From: Ascoidea asiatica JCM 7603
Taxonomy: Eukaryota; Fungi; Ascomycota
Direction: 5' to 3'
Assembly: GCA_001600695.1 (NCBI GenBank)
Contig: BCKQ01000006.1
Coordinates: forward strand, 136,315 to 200,314
Length of the DNA: 64,000 bases
The number at the start of each line of letters is the position of its first letter. Position 1 is the stretch's first letter. Positions 30,466 to 42,435 of this stretch are shown here, in pieces. Under the pieces are notes generated by a model. It did no database searches. It saw only the letters and a list, made by a program, of their open reading frames with translations, and was not told where the DNA came from. A program made the translations under genes and the position numbers.

Positions 30466-31035
30466 ATGGGAAAACTAGAATATCCTGTTAACAAAGAATA
30501 TCCAAAAGCTGTGGTTTTTGATTTAGATTACACGCTTTGGCCTTGCTGGTGTGATACTCATATTCAAACTCCAGTTAAAATTTTGGATCCCAAAAAAAGA
30601 GATTGTATTATTGATAGTTCTGGTTTTGAATTGGCGTTTTATAAAGATGTTCCTGAAATAATTGTCCACTTAAAAGAGAAAAATGTCAAGATGATTGCAG
30701 CTTCAAGAACCTGGAGACCTGATATCGCTAAGAAAATGTTAAGATTACTTCATGTCAATGGTTCTCCTGCGATTGACTTTTTTGATGAATTAGAATGGGG
30801 AGAACATACAAAAACTATTCATATTAGTGAAGCTTTGAAATCTATAAATAAAAAGGGTTCTAAGGAAGAAGAGATCACTTTTAAAGACGTTGTTCTTTAT
30901 GATGATGAAAGAAGAAACTTGGACGTGGAAAAAGCTGGTATTCATTTCGCATATCTTCCAAATGAAGATGAAGGACTAACAAAGAAATTATTCATAAAAG
31001 GAATCAATGATTGGTATAAAAAAAACAAAGCCTGA
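30466..31035 (+). CDS. Magnesium-dependent phosphatase 1 (HAD family, YER134C/MDP-1-like)
   Basis: VVFDLDYTLWP, AASRT, KTIH and LYDDERRN motifs. Confidence 0.92.
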   Translation: MGKLEYPVNKEYPKAVVFDLDYTLWPCWCDTHIQTPVKILDPKKRDCIIDSSGFELAFYKDVPEIIVHLKEKNVKMIAASRTWRPDIAKKMLRLLHVNGSPAIDFFDELEWGEHTKTIHISEALKSINKKGSKEEEITFKDVVLYDDERRNLDVEKAGIHFAYLPNEDEGLTKKLFIKGINDWYKKNKA

Positions 31036-31266
31036 GACTCTGTTTAGTATTCTACTTATATTCGTCATTTAGATTTTGTTTTTATTATATCATAGATTGA
31101 AAATTTCTGGCTATAAATGCATGCTTATTGTTTTGATGCTTTCAATGTAAGAAAGTGCTTGCCTAATGTTTAATAGTCTTCTTTTTCATTTTTTTTTACT
31201 ACACTACTCATTTAATTATTCTCACAGTTAAATAAATTTATTAATTAATTTACACATTTTTTTTTT

Positions 31267-33562
31267 CTAATTTGAATTATCTTTTGGAAAATATTGTTCC
31301 AATATCACTGATTCAACCGTCGATATAAAATAAGATCCTTTATTATCTGACCAACTTACAGAACCATGATCAAATTCATATTCTTCAACTCTTAGTCTTT
31401 CGAGTATAGATTCATTGCCTAGTTTATATCCAGGTGGAACTAAATCTTTTAAAGTAACTATTTTACAACCAGGTTTTAAACCAACTTTAGTAAACATTTC
31501 AACGATATTCATATCTAATTTAATATCAAAAATATAATTATTAGCTAATATAACATCACAGTTTTTTAAAACATTTTTGACTTTTTCATTATTCAAAAAA
31601 GATTCATTTAAAAAAAATTCAACTCTTCCAGGTTCAATACCATAAAATTTACATCTTTCATTAAATTCTTTATTTTGAACTTTACATAATTTAGAAGCTT
31701 CTAATTGAATTTCACAACCATAACTTGTACAACCGTATTCTAAAGCTGCTTGAAAACAACAATTACCCACACCAGAACCTAAATCAAAGAAATTTTTATT
31801 ACTATTTAATTCAACTTGTTTGAAAATTTTTGATAAAAATGAAGGTAATAATTCACCATAAACATTATTTGAAAATGCTTTATATTTTCTTAATTTTTTA
31901 ACATTCGGAGTTATTGTTCTTAAATAAGTTTGAGCTAAAATTTCATGAAAAAATAAAAGTGGAATAGAATTAATTTTAATCAAATTTTTTTTGATTTTTA
32001 AAAAATTTGAATCTATAAAATTATTATAATTTTCAATCAAATTTAAAAAATTTGAAATATTTTTGTTTTCAAATTCATAATATAGTAATTTAGTTAAATT
32101 GTTGATTTCATTTATTGGAATTAAATTAATTAAATAAGTTTTATGAATTAATTCAATTATTTTAATAATTTCAATAAATGGATTTAATTCTTCATCTTTT
32201 GGAAAAGCTAAAATGAAATTTTCAAATAAATTTGGAAAAATTGGAGATTTAATTTTAATTATTGGAGCTCTTTCATAAACTATTGGATTATATGAATTTA
32301 AAGGCTCTAAAGGGATTGGAGATTGACTTTCTGATTTTTTGATTTTATTTTTAGTTTTGTTATTATTATTATTATTATTATTATTTTCATTATGTTCTAT
32401 ATCATCTAAGGGATAAAAATAGTAAAAATATCTTTTTTGATTGGATAATATTATATCTTTGGCATTAATCAAATTTATATTATCAATATCACCTTTATTA
32501 TTTAAATCTATAGTATCCTTTGAGAAAATTGGTCTATTGTTCAAATCAATTTGAATATTATGAAATCTACTATTAGTAAACATTGAATTAATTATAAAAT
32601 CATTATAAATTGATTTATTTACAGTTTCATTTTCCCCATCCTCGGATTTGATGTTACTATTATCATCATTATCTGATTCAGATTCATTATCTGATTTATT
32701 ATCAGTTTCAGTATGAGATTCATTATGAAATTCATTATCTATTTTCTTATCAGATTCGTTATTAGACGCATAATGTTTGGTTTTATCATTTATGTCCATA
32801 TCCGAAAGATCATCATCATCATCATCTTCTTCATACTTATTTTTATCAAATTTTCCATTTTTAGCAGTTTTATTTTTATTTTTAAATTTAATTAATGAAT
32901 TTTGATTCTTTTTGGATGTATAAGTATTTATATTCTTTTTTGTTGATAAATTTAACAATTCATTATCTAAATCATCATCCAAATTACTTGATTCATCATC
33001 AGAATTATCTAAATCAGTATCAGAATTAGATTTTTTTATAGATTTTTTTTTAATTTGAACTTTGATTCCATTTTTATTCCCAATATCATATTCATTTTTG
33101 ATTGTAATCTTAGGAGTAATTTTAGTTTTAGATTTAGTCTTTGTTATAATTTTTGATTTTGGTTTAGTTTTAGTATTGGCGTTTATATTTGATTTAATGC
33201 TTATTTTATTATTTGTTTTACTAGTACTTTTAGATTTAGAATTCAATTGATTTTTCTTTATTATTGGTGTTGATTTCGAAACAGATTTTGGTTTATTATT
33301 CTCTTTGATATCCTTATTATTATTTTCATTTTCTTTATTTTTTATTTTATTAATTACTTTATTATTTAGTTTATTATTATTAATTGAATATGAAACTTTT
33401 TTTCTTTTTAATTCAGGATCAGTTGAAACTACAAATCTTTCAGTTTTTCTTCTTTCACTACTTGATCTTGTAAAAGAACGTACATTACTACTATTGTTAA
33501 TGATATTATTCCCAGTATTATCATCTCTATCTTTATCTTTATCTTTATCATTTTCATTTTCA

Positions 33563-33621
<59 letters not shown>

Positions 33622-34185
33622 TGTATTAATAATACTATCATTATTAATACCAGCTAAATCAAAACCAAGTTCCAAAAGATTTCGTAATTCATAATTCTTA
33701 GTTGATTTTTTTCTCTTTTTTGGTTTCAGTTCATCAGTCTTGTTATTATTACTATTATTATCAGTTGTTTTTGTTGCTGTTTTTAAATTTGGTCTTTTTC
33801 TTTTCGCAAATGGAGATTTTCTAATTTTTTTCCTTTTTTTTGGTTTCTTAATTTCAGTTTTTGTAATTGATTCAATTTTATTTATATTTTCATTGTCATT
33901 ATTATTGGGTTTAATTGATTGATCAATTGATGGTTCAATACTTGTATCACTTGTAAAATTACTATTATTATTATTTGCACTGCTACTAGCACTAGCACTA
34001 TGACTATTACTATTACTGGCACTAGTACTGGGACTATTATTAATATTGAAATCAATTGAATTGACTGAATTAATTGAACTGATAGAATTAGTATGAATAT
34101 TATTTGAATTTGAAATTCCAGAATCTATTGCATTTGAAACAGATTTTGAATCTGATACAACTGAATCTACTTCTATATTCGTCAT
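31267..34185 (-). CDS. DOT1: Histone H3K79 methyltransferase
   Basis: LRKYKAFSNNVYGELLPSFL, FFDLGSGVGN, SYGCEI, VILANNYIF and SVSWS motifs; Lys-rich, low-complexity N terminus. Confidence 0.95.
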
Positions 34186-34932
34186 TATTCTGTATTTGCA
34201 TTTACTCTTCTAACAACTCTTAGAATATCTTGGATCAAGAGTGAGAATTAATGAATGAATGTCAAATCAAGAGTAAAATAAACTAAAGCAATGAAGAATT
34301 AAAGGACATAAAAGATTTAAAGAAATCACAAAAATCAAAACAACAATGGAAAAAAGAAGAAGAAAGTGAAATATTTCTCGACGCGAAGGAAAGTTGCAAT
34401 GAGGCAACTTTTTCTGGTGTTTCTGATGTTTCTGGGGCACTTGCGGCGTGTCACTGTTGGGCGTGTGTATGGCGCATTGATGTGAAATGTGGCAAAGACC
34501 AGACCACGTGAAAAAAACTAGCCGGATTACATAATATCCACGCTCAGGAGTTTAAGATCCATATAAATGTATTGGGCAGTGAATTACAGTAAAACCCTAT
34601 CACTGCGCTGTATTATTAACAGCGTTGCACTCATTTATACGTTCACAACCCTTTATTTACATTTGTAAACAAGACCCATACTACTGGCTGTTCCGCAGTG
34701 CTGGTTCTGAGTTTTTGCTTTGTTTATAAAATTCAACTCAGTTCGATTTTTATCAGATTTAAACCTTTATTTTGTAAAAAAAAAGAGTTTGATTTGATTT
34801 ACTCTTCTTCTATTTTTCTTCTATTCATTCAATTGTATATTCAAACAAACATCAATTATCAATCATTAATTAATCATCAATCAATTGTCATTTCTTATTT
34901 AATCATCATTCAATTCCTCAATCAAATGCCAA
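34186..34932. promoter_or_regulatory. DOT1/MEC1 bidirectional promoter with MCB/SCB-like GACGCGAA and a Cbf1-type box
   Basis: ACGCGAA at 34381-34387 and CACGTGA at 34505-34511; GC-rich core ~34380-34720. Confidence 0.5.
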
Positions 34933-37900
34933 ATGCCCAATAATGATAATTCAATTAATAATCAATCAGAAATTTCATTTATAAATAAATTTAAAAATTT
35001 AAAAATTTCAATCTTAAATAATGATAATGATAATTTAACTAAAAATTATTTATTCAATTATTTTGATATAAATAATCTAAAAGATTTTAAAAAATTTAGC
35101 TTAAATTTATTCAAATTTATAATTTTTAAAAAAATTTTGATACTAAAATTTATAAATTTTAATGATATTGATATTATTTCAATTATTTTAAATTCAATAA
35201 ATTCAATTTTTTTAGTATTTTGTATAAGAAATAAAAATCTTTCTATAAACAGTAGTAATAATCTAATCAATTCTCAATTACAACATAAAAATTTAATTGA
35301 TTCTTTAGAGAATAACTCCTCAGATAATAGTGAAAATAATTCAAATTTATATAATAAAATTGATGATTTTTTATTAAATGATAATTCAAATATAAATATA
35401 TTTCCAATTAATCAAAATTTCTCAAATATTTATAATAATATCACCAATAATAAACAAAATAATAATTCAAAAGATGATAAAGATTCCAAAGATAATTCTT
35501 CATATTTAAATTATCAAATTTTATTAATTTATTTATTTCAATTTTTTAAATTCTTTAATGGTATTGGTATTAAGAATTTAAATTACAAATTAATTTTTGA
35601 AAATTTAAATATTTCAATATTATCTTTAATTAATAAGGTTTTTTTAATATTTAAAAAAAAAAATGATTTAATTCAAATTAAATTTTTGAAAAATTTCTTA
35701 ATTAATTATTTATCAAATTTATCAAATAATTTGTCAATCAACTATAAGAATATAAACTTACTATCAAATATCCATAAATATTCAATTTTATCAAATTCTT
35801 TCAATTTATTAACTGAAAATATTATACTAAATGATTTAAATTTGATTAATTTTAATAATATTCTAATTTTGAAAAAAATTTATAATAATATTATTAATTC
35901 TTTGAATGATTTTTTGAAAAATTTGATCAATTTAAGCATTAACGGTAATAAATCATTGAAATTCAAAGTTTATTTGAAAAATTTAGATTATTTCTTAGCT
36001 CTTTTACAATTTAACTTCATAAATAATTTTTTAAATTTGAATTTTGATTCTTTGATTTTTAAAAATTTATTAATTTTTGAATTTTTTGAAATTATTAAAT
36101 TCAATTTAAATTTAATCCTAAAAAATTATTTAATTTTACCTTTTTTACAAATTAAATTATCAAATTCTTTGATATTTTTATTTTATAAATTTTTGAAATT
36201 TAAAAATTCATTAAGCTTTAAGAATAACTTGACTTTAGTTTTGAAAAATTTTAAATTTAAAATTATTAATGAAAAAAGTATTAAATTTATAAATACTGAT
36301 TTAACTAATTCAATTAATCTAATTTTAAATTACACAAATTCAAATGCAAATGTAAATTTAAATGAATCTTACAATTTCAATGATATTTTTTTGATTAATT
36401 ATCAAAAAAAGCTTAAACTTCTTTTATCTGAGAATATTATTCATAATAATGACAATCAATTGGTCCAATATGAATTAATTTCAAACTCAGTTAATAACCA
36501 AATTACTCATTTATCTACCTTAATTAACTTTCAAAACACTTTTAAAGCAATCAATCAAGATTCAAATACAAATAATTTAAATCAAACTGATTTAATAACT
36601 TCAATTAATGAACAAATTAAATTAATCTTCAGTTCAATAAATTCTTCTTATAATCAAAAAATTAATTTAAATAATTTTCAAATTTTTTTCATTTTAAAAT
36701 TTTTTGATACTTTATTCAATTCAAATCCATTATTTTGTAATTCCATTCAGTTTTTTCAAATTATTTTATTATTTATAAAAAATTTCAAATCTAGTAATTC
36801 AAATTCAAATTCAAGTTCAAGTTCAATTTCAAATTCAATTTCTTTAATTAATCAAATTTTTCTATTAAATTTTATCAAAAAATTATTAAATTTTAAAACT
36901 ATTTTAAAAAATTTAATTTTAAATAAATTCCATATTTTTTTTTTATCTCATGTTTTATTATCTCTAACTTCAAATTCAAGAGAAATTAGAATACTTTCTT
37001 CCCAATTATTACCTTTTTTTTTACCTTCAAATTCAAATAATTTATTCAATAATTCTATTCAATTAAAAATTATTAATCATTTAGAATCAATTCATTCAAA
37101 TAAATTCTCTTCTTCTTTATTAAATGATGGTAGTGATAATTTCAATAACGATATTAATGATAATAATCCAAATTCAAGTTTGAAAAATTTATATCTTATT
37201 GAAACTTTAATTATGTCTTGGGGTTCCATTTCTTCAAATAATGATTATTTTGTTCTTAAAAAATCATTACCAAAATTATTTACTTGGTTAAGTTCAGAAA
37301 ATCAATTTCAATCTGCTTTATCTTATCATACACTTTTAATGATTTCTAAAAACTCGAAACTTTCTCCATGGGATTTAATTGCAAATCATATTCCAGATTT
37401 AAGTGTATTTATTGTCAAAGAAATGATTAAAAATAATAATTTTGCTCTTACAATTTCGGATTTATTAGCTTTTCCAAAAAATAATCTACTTATACAAGCA
37501 GGCAATTATACAATTCCTTTTTTAATTCTTGAATATGATCATGATTATATTCAAGATATTGCTAATGTTAGTGGTAATTCAAAAAAAAAATTAATTGAAA
37601 TTAAATTGTCTCAAATTTTAGCTTATTTAATCGCTTTTTTACCTTTAGATAATAATAGCTCAATTCCAATTAATAAAATTCGTACAATTATTGGTAATTG
37701 TTGTCCAGAATATAAGAAAATTAATCTAACAAGTATTTCAACTTCAGTGAAAATGGATACAATTTGGCAAATTTTGAAATATTACAATCCAAATTCAAAT
37801 AATAGTAATATTGAGCATTTGAAAATTGGTATAATATTTATTTCTAATCTTTTTGAGATCAATTATAAAAAAAATAGAAACCCAGATGAAGCATTGGCAA

Positions 37901-40900
37901 ATTGTTTTGAGAAATATATCTTAGGAATTATTCAACCATTTTCTGAAACTATTAAACCAAAACAAGGTTTTAAAACATTATCGGAAAAAATTAAAGCTCT
38001 TAAAGCAGTTCAAGCTTTGATAATAATTTCTGGTTCATATATTGTTTCTGCACTTCCACAAATTTGTACTTCTTTACAGCTTGCAATTGAATTTCCATTT
38101 TTGATAAGTGAATCCTTAATAGCTTGGAAAATTTTAGTTCAAAATTTAGAAGATGTCCATTTAGTTTCTATTCTTGACTTGGTTATATCTCTAATTCTTC
38201 AACGCTGGGAAACTTTTGATTCAATTGGAAAAAAAATTGGAGAAGAGATATTATCATGGATTTTTTCAAATTCTTTATTGATTCAAAACGAAGTTCATTA
38301 CAATTATTACCTAAGTTTAGCAAACCATGAATCATTACTAAGTATCTATACAAGTCAAAAAAGAAAACTATTTCCAAGTAGTCAAACCAATCCTCTGAGT
38401 CCTAATGGAATAAGCATTCTTACAGATTTGACTCGTAGATGTATCAATGATAATAAATATGTTGTGCGGCAAGCCCTAAAAGATATCAAGAATTACTTAA
38501 GTTCTTTTTCTTCTAAGGTTTATTCTAACTTTTTCAAAAATATCAATGGCTATAAAACTATAATTATAAATTTATGTGATGCTTTACTTCAAACTAGCTT
38601 CAAATTTCGAACTAGTGAACCTTTAATTTCTGAAGTTTGTGCAACATGCTTAGCATTAATTGGAAAAATTGAAACTCCAAAAAATTCTATTCAAAATAGC
38701 TCCAATGAAGATGAATATTTTGTCGTTGATAGCTTCGAGAAAAATAATGAAGCGATGAGATTTCTTATAAAATTTATTGATAAGTATTTAGTTAAAGCAT
38801 TCTGGGCTTCAACAAATCCTTCCAAACAATTACTGTTGGCCTACTCTATGCAAGAATACTTAAAATTCTGTCATTTATCAGCCCCAGGTTTTTCCCCTAT
38901 GCTAAAAGGTAAAAATAAATATTCAGATGCTCCCCTTTGGGATATATTCAGTGATTTGGCAAAATCCACATTGATGCCATTGACTTCCTCAAAATATCAG
39001 ATAAGTGACAAAGTTTATACACGTTGTACATATCCAATTTTTAGCAATATCAAAACACATGATACTTGGCTTCGAGAGCTTGTATATGATTTATGTGACA
39101 GAGCTACCGATCCAAATGCCAAACAAATATTTCAAGTGTGTTCAAGAATTATAAGGGAGCAAAATTTAGAAATCAGTCGCTTTATTTTACCTTATATATG
39201 TTTGAATGTGTTAACAACAGGAAATGAAAAAGATAAAGAAGATATTAAGTTGGAAATTTTAACAATTTTGAAGACTGATGCTGACTGTTGTTCGGATCAG
39301 TCAACGGCTCATAATGTGAGATTATGCTACCAATCCATTTTTATTTTATTAGATTATTTTAGAAAATGGGTTTTACATAAAAATCAACAAATAGACTCTG
39401 AGAGTATTGATTTAACAGATGAATTCACTATACAGCTCACTAAAGTCAAAGTTTTGCTCGAGGACATTTCTGCTGATGGAGATTTAATGGCCATCAGATC
39501 TGACCAGTGTTCTTTATATGAACGTGCAATATTATATTTAGAACAATCGCATAGACAAGGAAGAGATAGTGGTAATGATACCAATAACGATAAAATTTAC
39601 TCGAATATACAACGAATGTATGCTAATATCAATGATGTAGATGCTGTGAGTGGTGTTCTTAAAAGAATATCGACAACCGATATCAAGAGTAAAATCATGC
39701 AACTACAATACAGTAGTAATTGGAAAATGTCCCTTGAATTTTTTGAAGGTTTATATGAAAGTGATGTGCAAAATGATATTCTACCTACTAACATTCTTCT
39801 CAAGTTTTTGGAAGATCGAAATTTAAATGATGACTTACTTTCAAAACTTAATGGTTTTATCAGTTCTCCCAATCATTTGGTTATTTTGGATGAGGATTTA
39901 ATCAACTTTGGATTGAAGTCGGCTGTTTTATCTGGAAATAAAAACGATATAAAAAAATGGACTTTTTTGTCAGAAATACAATCGCCTTTTTCCACCTCGG
40001 AAATTTTAATCAATCAGAACCTCGGTCGATCTGCAATTTGTTTGGAAAAGAAAGAATCTTCCGAATTGGATGATCTTTTATATGAAAGTTTCAGATTAAT
40101 TGGAACAAATTTACCCAGTAGTTCAAATTCAAGAAACCTTAAATCATCTTTGAGAGAGCTTCATTCGATAATGGATATTAAAACAATTATTGACATAAAT
40201 AATGGAAAAGATTCAAATGAATTGGTTTCTTTGCTAGATAAACGTTTACAAACAACTGATAAAGATTTCGCAGATCGATGGTTTCTTATGAAATTAAGAA
40301 AATCTATCGAATCAATGCAAATGGGAACATTTAGTAATGATGTTGGGAATTTATGTGTTCGAATTTCTAAATTATGTCGAGAACATGGAAGAATTGACCT
40401 TGCATCAAGATCTATAATTCAAGCATTGAAAACTAAGGATGTTTCTGAGGAGGCAAATATTGAATATTCTAAAGTGTTATGGGCTCAAGGTGATTCGTCT
40501 GAAGCCATGAATATAATTCAGCACTTTTTAGTAAGCAATTATAAAAATAAATCCAAAAGTAAATCATTTGCAGAGCATCAATTGCAATACGCTGAATGGC
40601 TTGATTTATCAAGAGATGGAAATTCTTCTTCTGTAATTGAGAATTATATGAAGGCAATTGAATTAAATAAAAGTTGGGAAAAACCATATTTTCTTTTAGG
40701 AAAATATTACAATAAAGTTCTAGAAGAATCCAAACTTACTGCCGATAGTTCATTTAATAACATTAACTACTCCAAAGGTGATTATGAGTATTATGTTATA
40801 AGATATTATTTGCAATCAATTGAGCATGGAAACACATATCTTGATGAAATATTACCAAAAGTTATTACACTTTGGCTTGATTTTCATTCTGTCCATGGAA

Positions 40901-42435
40901 GTCTTGATAACCAAAATAGTACTGATTTTAGGCAAATGAGTAAGATACGTAATTTGAGACATGAAAATACACAAAAGATATATAAATTAATTGAAAAAGC
41001 AACAAAAGCATTTCCTCCAAAGGTCTGGTATTCAGTTTTATCTCAGATTTTATCTAGAATTTGCCATTCGGATAAACAAACTAATACACTTTTACTTCAA
41101 ATTACTTTTATTGAGGTAATAAGTTATCCTCAATTAGTTTTATGGTCAATTTTTGCACTTTCAAATTCTAAAGATAAACAAAGACAGGAAAAGGCTTCTA
41201 TAATTTTAAGAACATATTTAAAAGCAAATTCTGAGAATGCTAATTTTTTCAATTTAAGTAACAAATTTGCTGAAGGAATTTTAAAAATCTCCAAAGCAAA
41301 ATTATCTGTGTCAAAGAGATCAAATAATTTATCATTAGTAAGGGATTGTAATTTTGATCATAAACTATTACCATGCCCGTTAGCTATTCCAATTCAAGAA
41401 AATTTTGAAATTAAAGAAGACGAAAAAGATTATATAACATTTTATGAATTAAAAGACTCATTTTCAGTACTTAGTTCATTACAAGTTCCAAGAAAAATCA
41501 CTGCAATTGGTAATAATGGTAAAAGATATAATTTAATGTGTAAACCACATGATGACTTAAGAAAAGATAGTAAATTAATGGAATTTACAAGATTAGTTGA
41601 TAATCTTTTAAATAGAGATTATAAGGGTAAAAAAAGAAATTTGAAAATTAATAGATATGCGGTTGTACCATTAAGTGAGAATCATGGAATGATTGAGTTT
41701 GTTTCAAATACAACTACACTAAGATCAATAATTCAAAAAAGATTATATATAATGGAGAAGAGTATCAATATTTCAAATCTTAAAAGAGATTTCAGTAAAA
41801 ATGTTGATAATGCTAAAAAACTAAAAAATTTTAAAAAATATTTGAAATTTTACCCACCGGTATTCTATAAATGGTTTTTAGAAAAATTTGTTAAACCAAA
41901 TGAATGGTATGAAAGTAAGAATAGTTATACTAGAACTACAGCAGTTATGTCAATAATTGGATATATATTAGGATTGGGAGATAGACATGGAGAAAATTTG
42001 CTTATTGATACGATTTCTGGAGAATTATTACATGTTGATTTTGATTGTTTATTTGAAAAAGGAGAACATTTAGATGTACCTGAAAAAGTACCATTTCGAT
42101 TAACACATAATATGGTTGATGCCATGAGTAATATATATGGATATGATGGAAGTTTTAGGAAAAGTAGTGAAGTTACTTTAGAAATTGTTAGAGAAAATGA
42201 AAGTGCATTAATGAATATTTTAGAGAGTTTTATTTATGATCCAATTATGGAATTTTCTTCAAAACAAAATGGACAAGATTATTTGAATAAAATAAGAAGA
42301 AAAATTAGAGGAACACTTGATCAAGAAGCCGGATTGCCATTGAATGTTAATGGAGAAGTAGAATATGTATGCCAACAGGCGACTTCTGATGAAAATCTTT
42401 CACAAATGTATTATGGCTGGATACCGTTCTATTAG
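34933..42435 (+). CDS. MEC1: ATR/Mec1 PIKK checkpoint kinase
   Basis: 2500 aa with FAT region; CKPHDDLRKDSKLMEF, ILGLGDRHGENLL, LHVDFDCLF and PEKVPFRLT kinase motifs; FATC ending LSQMYYGWIPFY. Confidence 0.95.
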   Translation: MPNNDNSINNQSEISFINKFKNLKISILNNDNDNLTKNYLFNYFDINNLKDFKKFSLNLFKFIIFKKILILKFINFNDIDIISIILNSINSIFLVFCIRNKNLSINSSNNLINSQLQHKNLIDSLENNSSDNSENNSNLYNKIDDFLLNDNSNINIFPINQNFSNIYNNITNNKQNNNSKDDKDSKDNSSYLNYQILLIYLFQFFKFFNGIGIKNLNYKLIFENLNISILSLINKVFLIFKKKNDLIQIKFLKNFLINYLSNLSNNLSINYKNINLLSNIHKYSILSNSFNLLTENIILNDLNLINFNNILILKKIYNNIINSLNDFLKNLINLSINGNKSLKFKVYLKNLDYFLALLQFNFINNFLNLNFDSLIFKNLLIFEFFEIIKFNLNLILKNYLILPFLQIKLSNSLIFLFYKFLKFKNSLSFKNNLTLVLKNFKFKIINEKSIKFINTDLTNSINLILNYTNSNANVNLNESYNFNDIFLINYQKKLKLLLSENIIHNNDNQLVQYELISNSVNNQITHLSTLINFQNTFKAINQDSNTNNLNQTDLITSINEQIKLIFSSINSSYNQKINLNNFQIFFILKFFDTLFNSNPLFCNSIQFFQIILLFIKNFKSSNSNSNSSSSSISNSISLINQIFLLNFIKKLLNFKTILKNLILNKFHIFFLSHVLLSLTSNSREIRILSSQLLPFFLPSNSNNLFNNSIQLKIINHLESIHSNKFSSSLLNDGSDNFNNDINDNNPNSSLKNLYLIETLIMSWGSISSNNDYFVLKKSLPKLFTWLSSENQFQSALSYHTLLMISKNSKLSPWDLIANHIPDLSVFIVKEMIKNNNFALTISDLLAFPKNNLLIQAGNYTIPFLILEYDHDYIQDIANVSGNSKKKLIEIKLSQILAYLIAFLPLDNNSSIPINKIRTIIGNCCPEYKKINLTSISTSVKMDTIWQILKYYNPNSNNSNIEHLKIGIIFISNLFEINYKKNRNPDEALANCFEKYILGIIQPFSETIKPKQGFKTLSEKIKALKAVQALIIISGSYIVSALPQICTSLQLAIEFPFLISESLIAWKILVQNLEDVHLVSILDLVISLILQRWETFDSIGKKIGEEILSWIFSNSLLIQNEVHYNYYLSLANHESLLSIYTSQKRKLFPSSQTNPLSPNGISILTDLTRRCINDNKYVVRQALKDIKNYLSSFSSKVYSNFFKNINGYKTIIINLCDALLQTSFKFRTSEPLISEVCATCLALIGKIETPKNSIQNSSNEDEYFVVDSFEKNNEAMRFLIKFIDKYLVKAFWASTNPSKQLLLAYSMQEYLKFCHLSAPGFSPMLKGKNKYSDAPLWDIFSDLAKSTLMPLTSSKYQISDKVYTRCTYPIFSNIKTHDTWLRELVYDLCDRATDPNAKQIFQVCSRIIREQNLEISRFILPYICLNVLTTGNEKDKEDIKLEILTILKTDADCCSDQSTAHNVRLCYQSIFILLDYFRKWVLHKNQQIDSESIDLTDEFTIQLTKVKVLLEDISADGDLMAIRSDQCSLYERAILYLEQSHRQGRDSGNDTNNDKIYSNIQRMYANINDVDAVSGVLKRISTTDIKSKIMQLQYSSNWKMSLEFFEGLYESDVQNDILPTNILLKFLEDRNLNDDLLSKLNGFISSPNHLVILDEDLINFGLKSAVLSGNKNDIKKWTFLSEIQSPFSTSEILINQNLGRSAICLEKKESSELDDLLYESFRLIGTNLPSSSNSRNLKSSLRELHSIMDIKTIIDINNGKDSNELVSLLDKRLQTTDKDFADRWFLMKLRKSIESMQMGTFSNDVGNLCVRISKLCREHGRIDLASRSIIQALKTKDVSEEANIEYSKVLWAQGDSSEAMNIIQHFLVSNYKNKSKSKSFAEHQLQYAEWLDLSRDGNSSSVIENYMKAIELNKSWEKPYFLLGKYYNKVLEESKLTADSSFNNINYSKGDYEYYVIRYYLQSIEHGNTYLDEILPKVITLWLDFHSVHGSLDNQNSTDFRQMSKIRNLRHENTQKIYKLIEKATKAFPPKVWYSVLSQILSRICHSDKQTNTLLLQITFIEVISYPQLVLWSIFALSNSKDKQRQEKASIILRTYLKANSENANFFNLSNKFAEGILKISKAKLSVSKRSNNLSLVRDCNFDHKLLPCPLAIPIQENFEIKEDEKDYITFYELKDSFSVLSSLQVPRKITAIGNNGKRYNLMCKPHDDLRKDSKLMEFTRLVDNLLNRDYKGKKRNLKINRYAVVPLSENHGMIEFVSNTTTLRSIIQKRLYIMEKSINISNLKRDFSKNVDNAKKLKNFKKYLKFYPPVFYKWFLEKFVKPNEWYESKNSYTRTTAVMSIIGYILGLGDRHGENLLIDTISGELLHVDFDCLFEKGEHLDVPEKVPFRLTHNMVDAMSNIYGYDGSFRKSSEVTLEIVRENESALMNILESFIYDPIMEFSSKQNGQDYLNKIRRKIRGTLDQEAGLPLNVNGEVEYVCQQATSDENLSQMYYGWIPFY

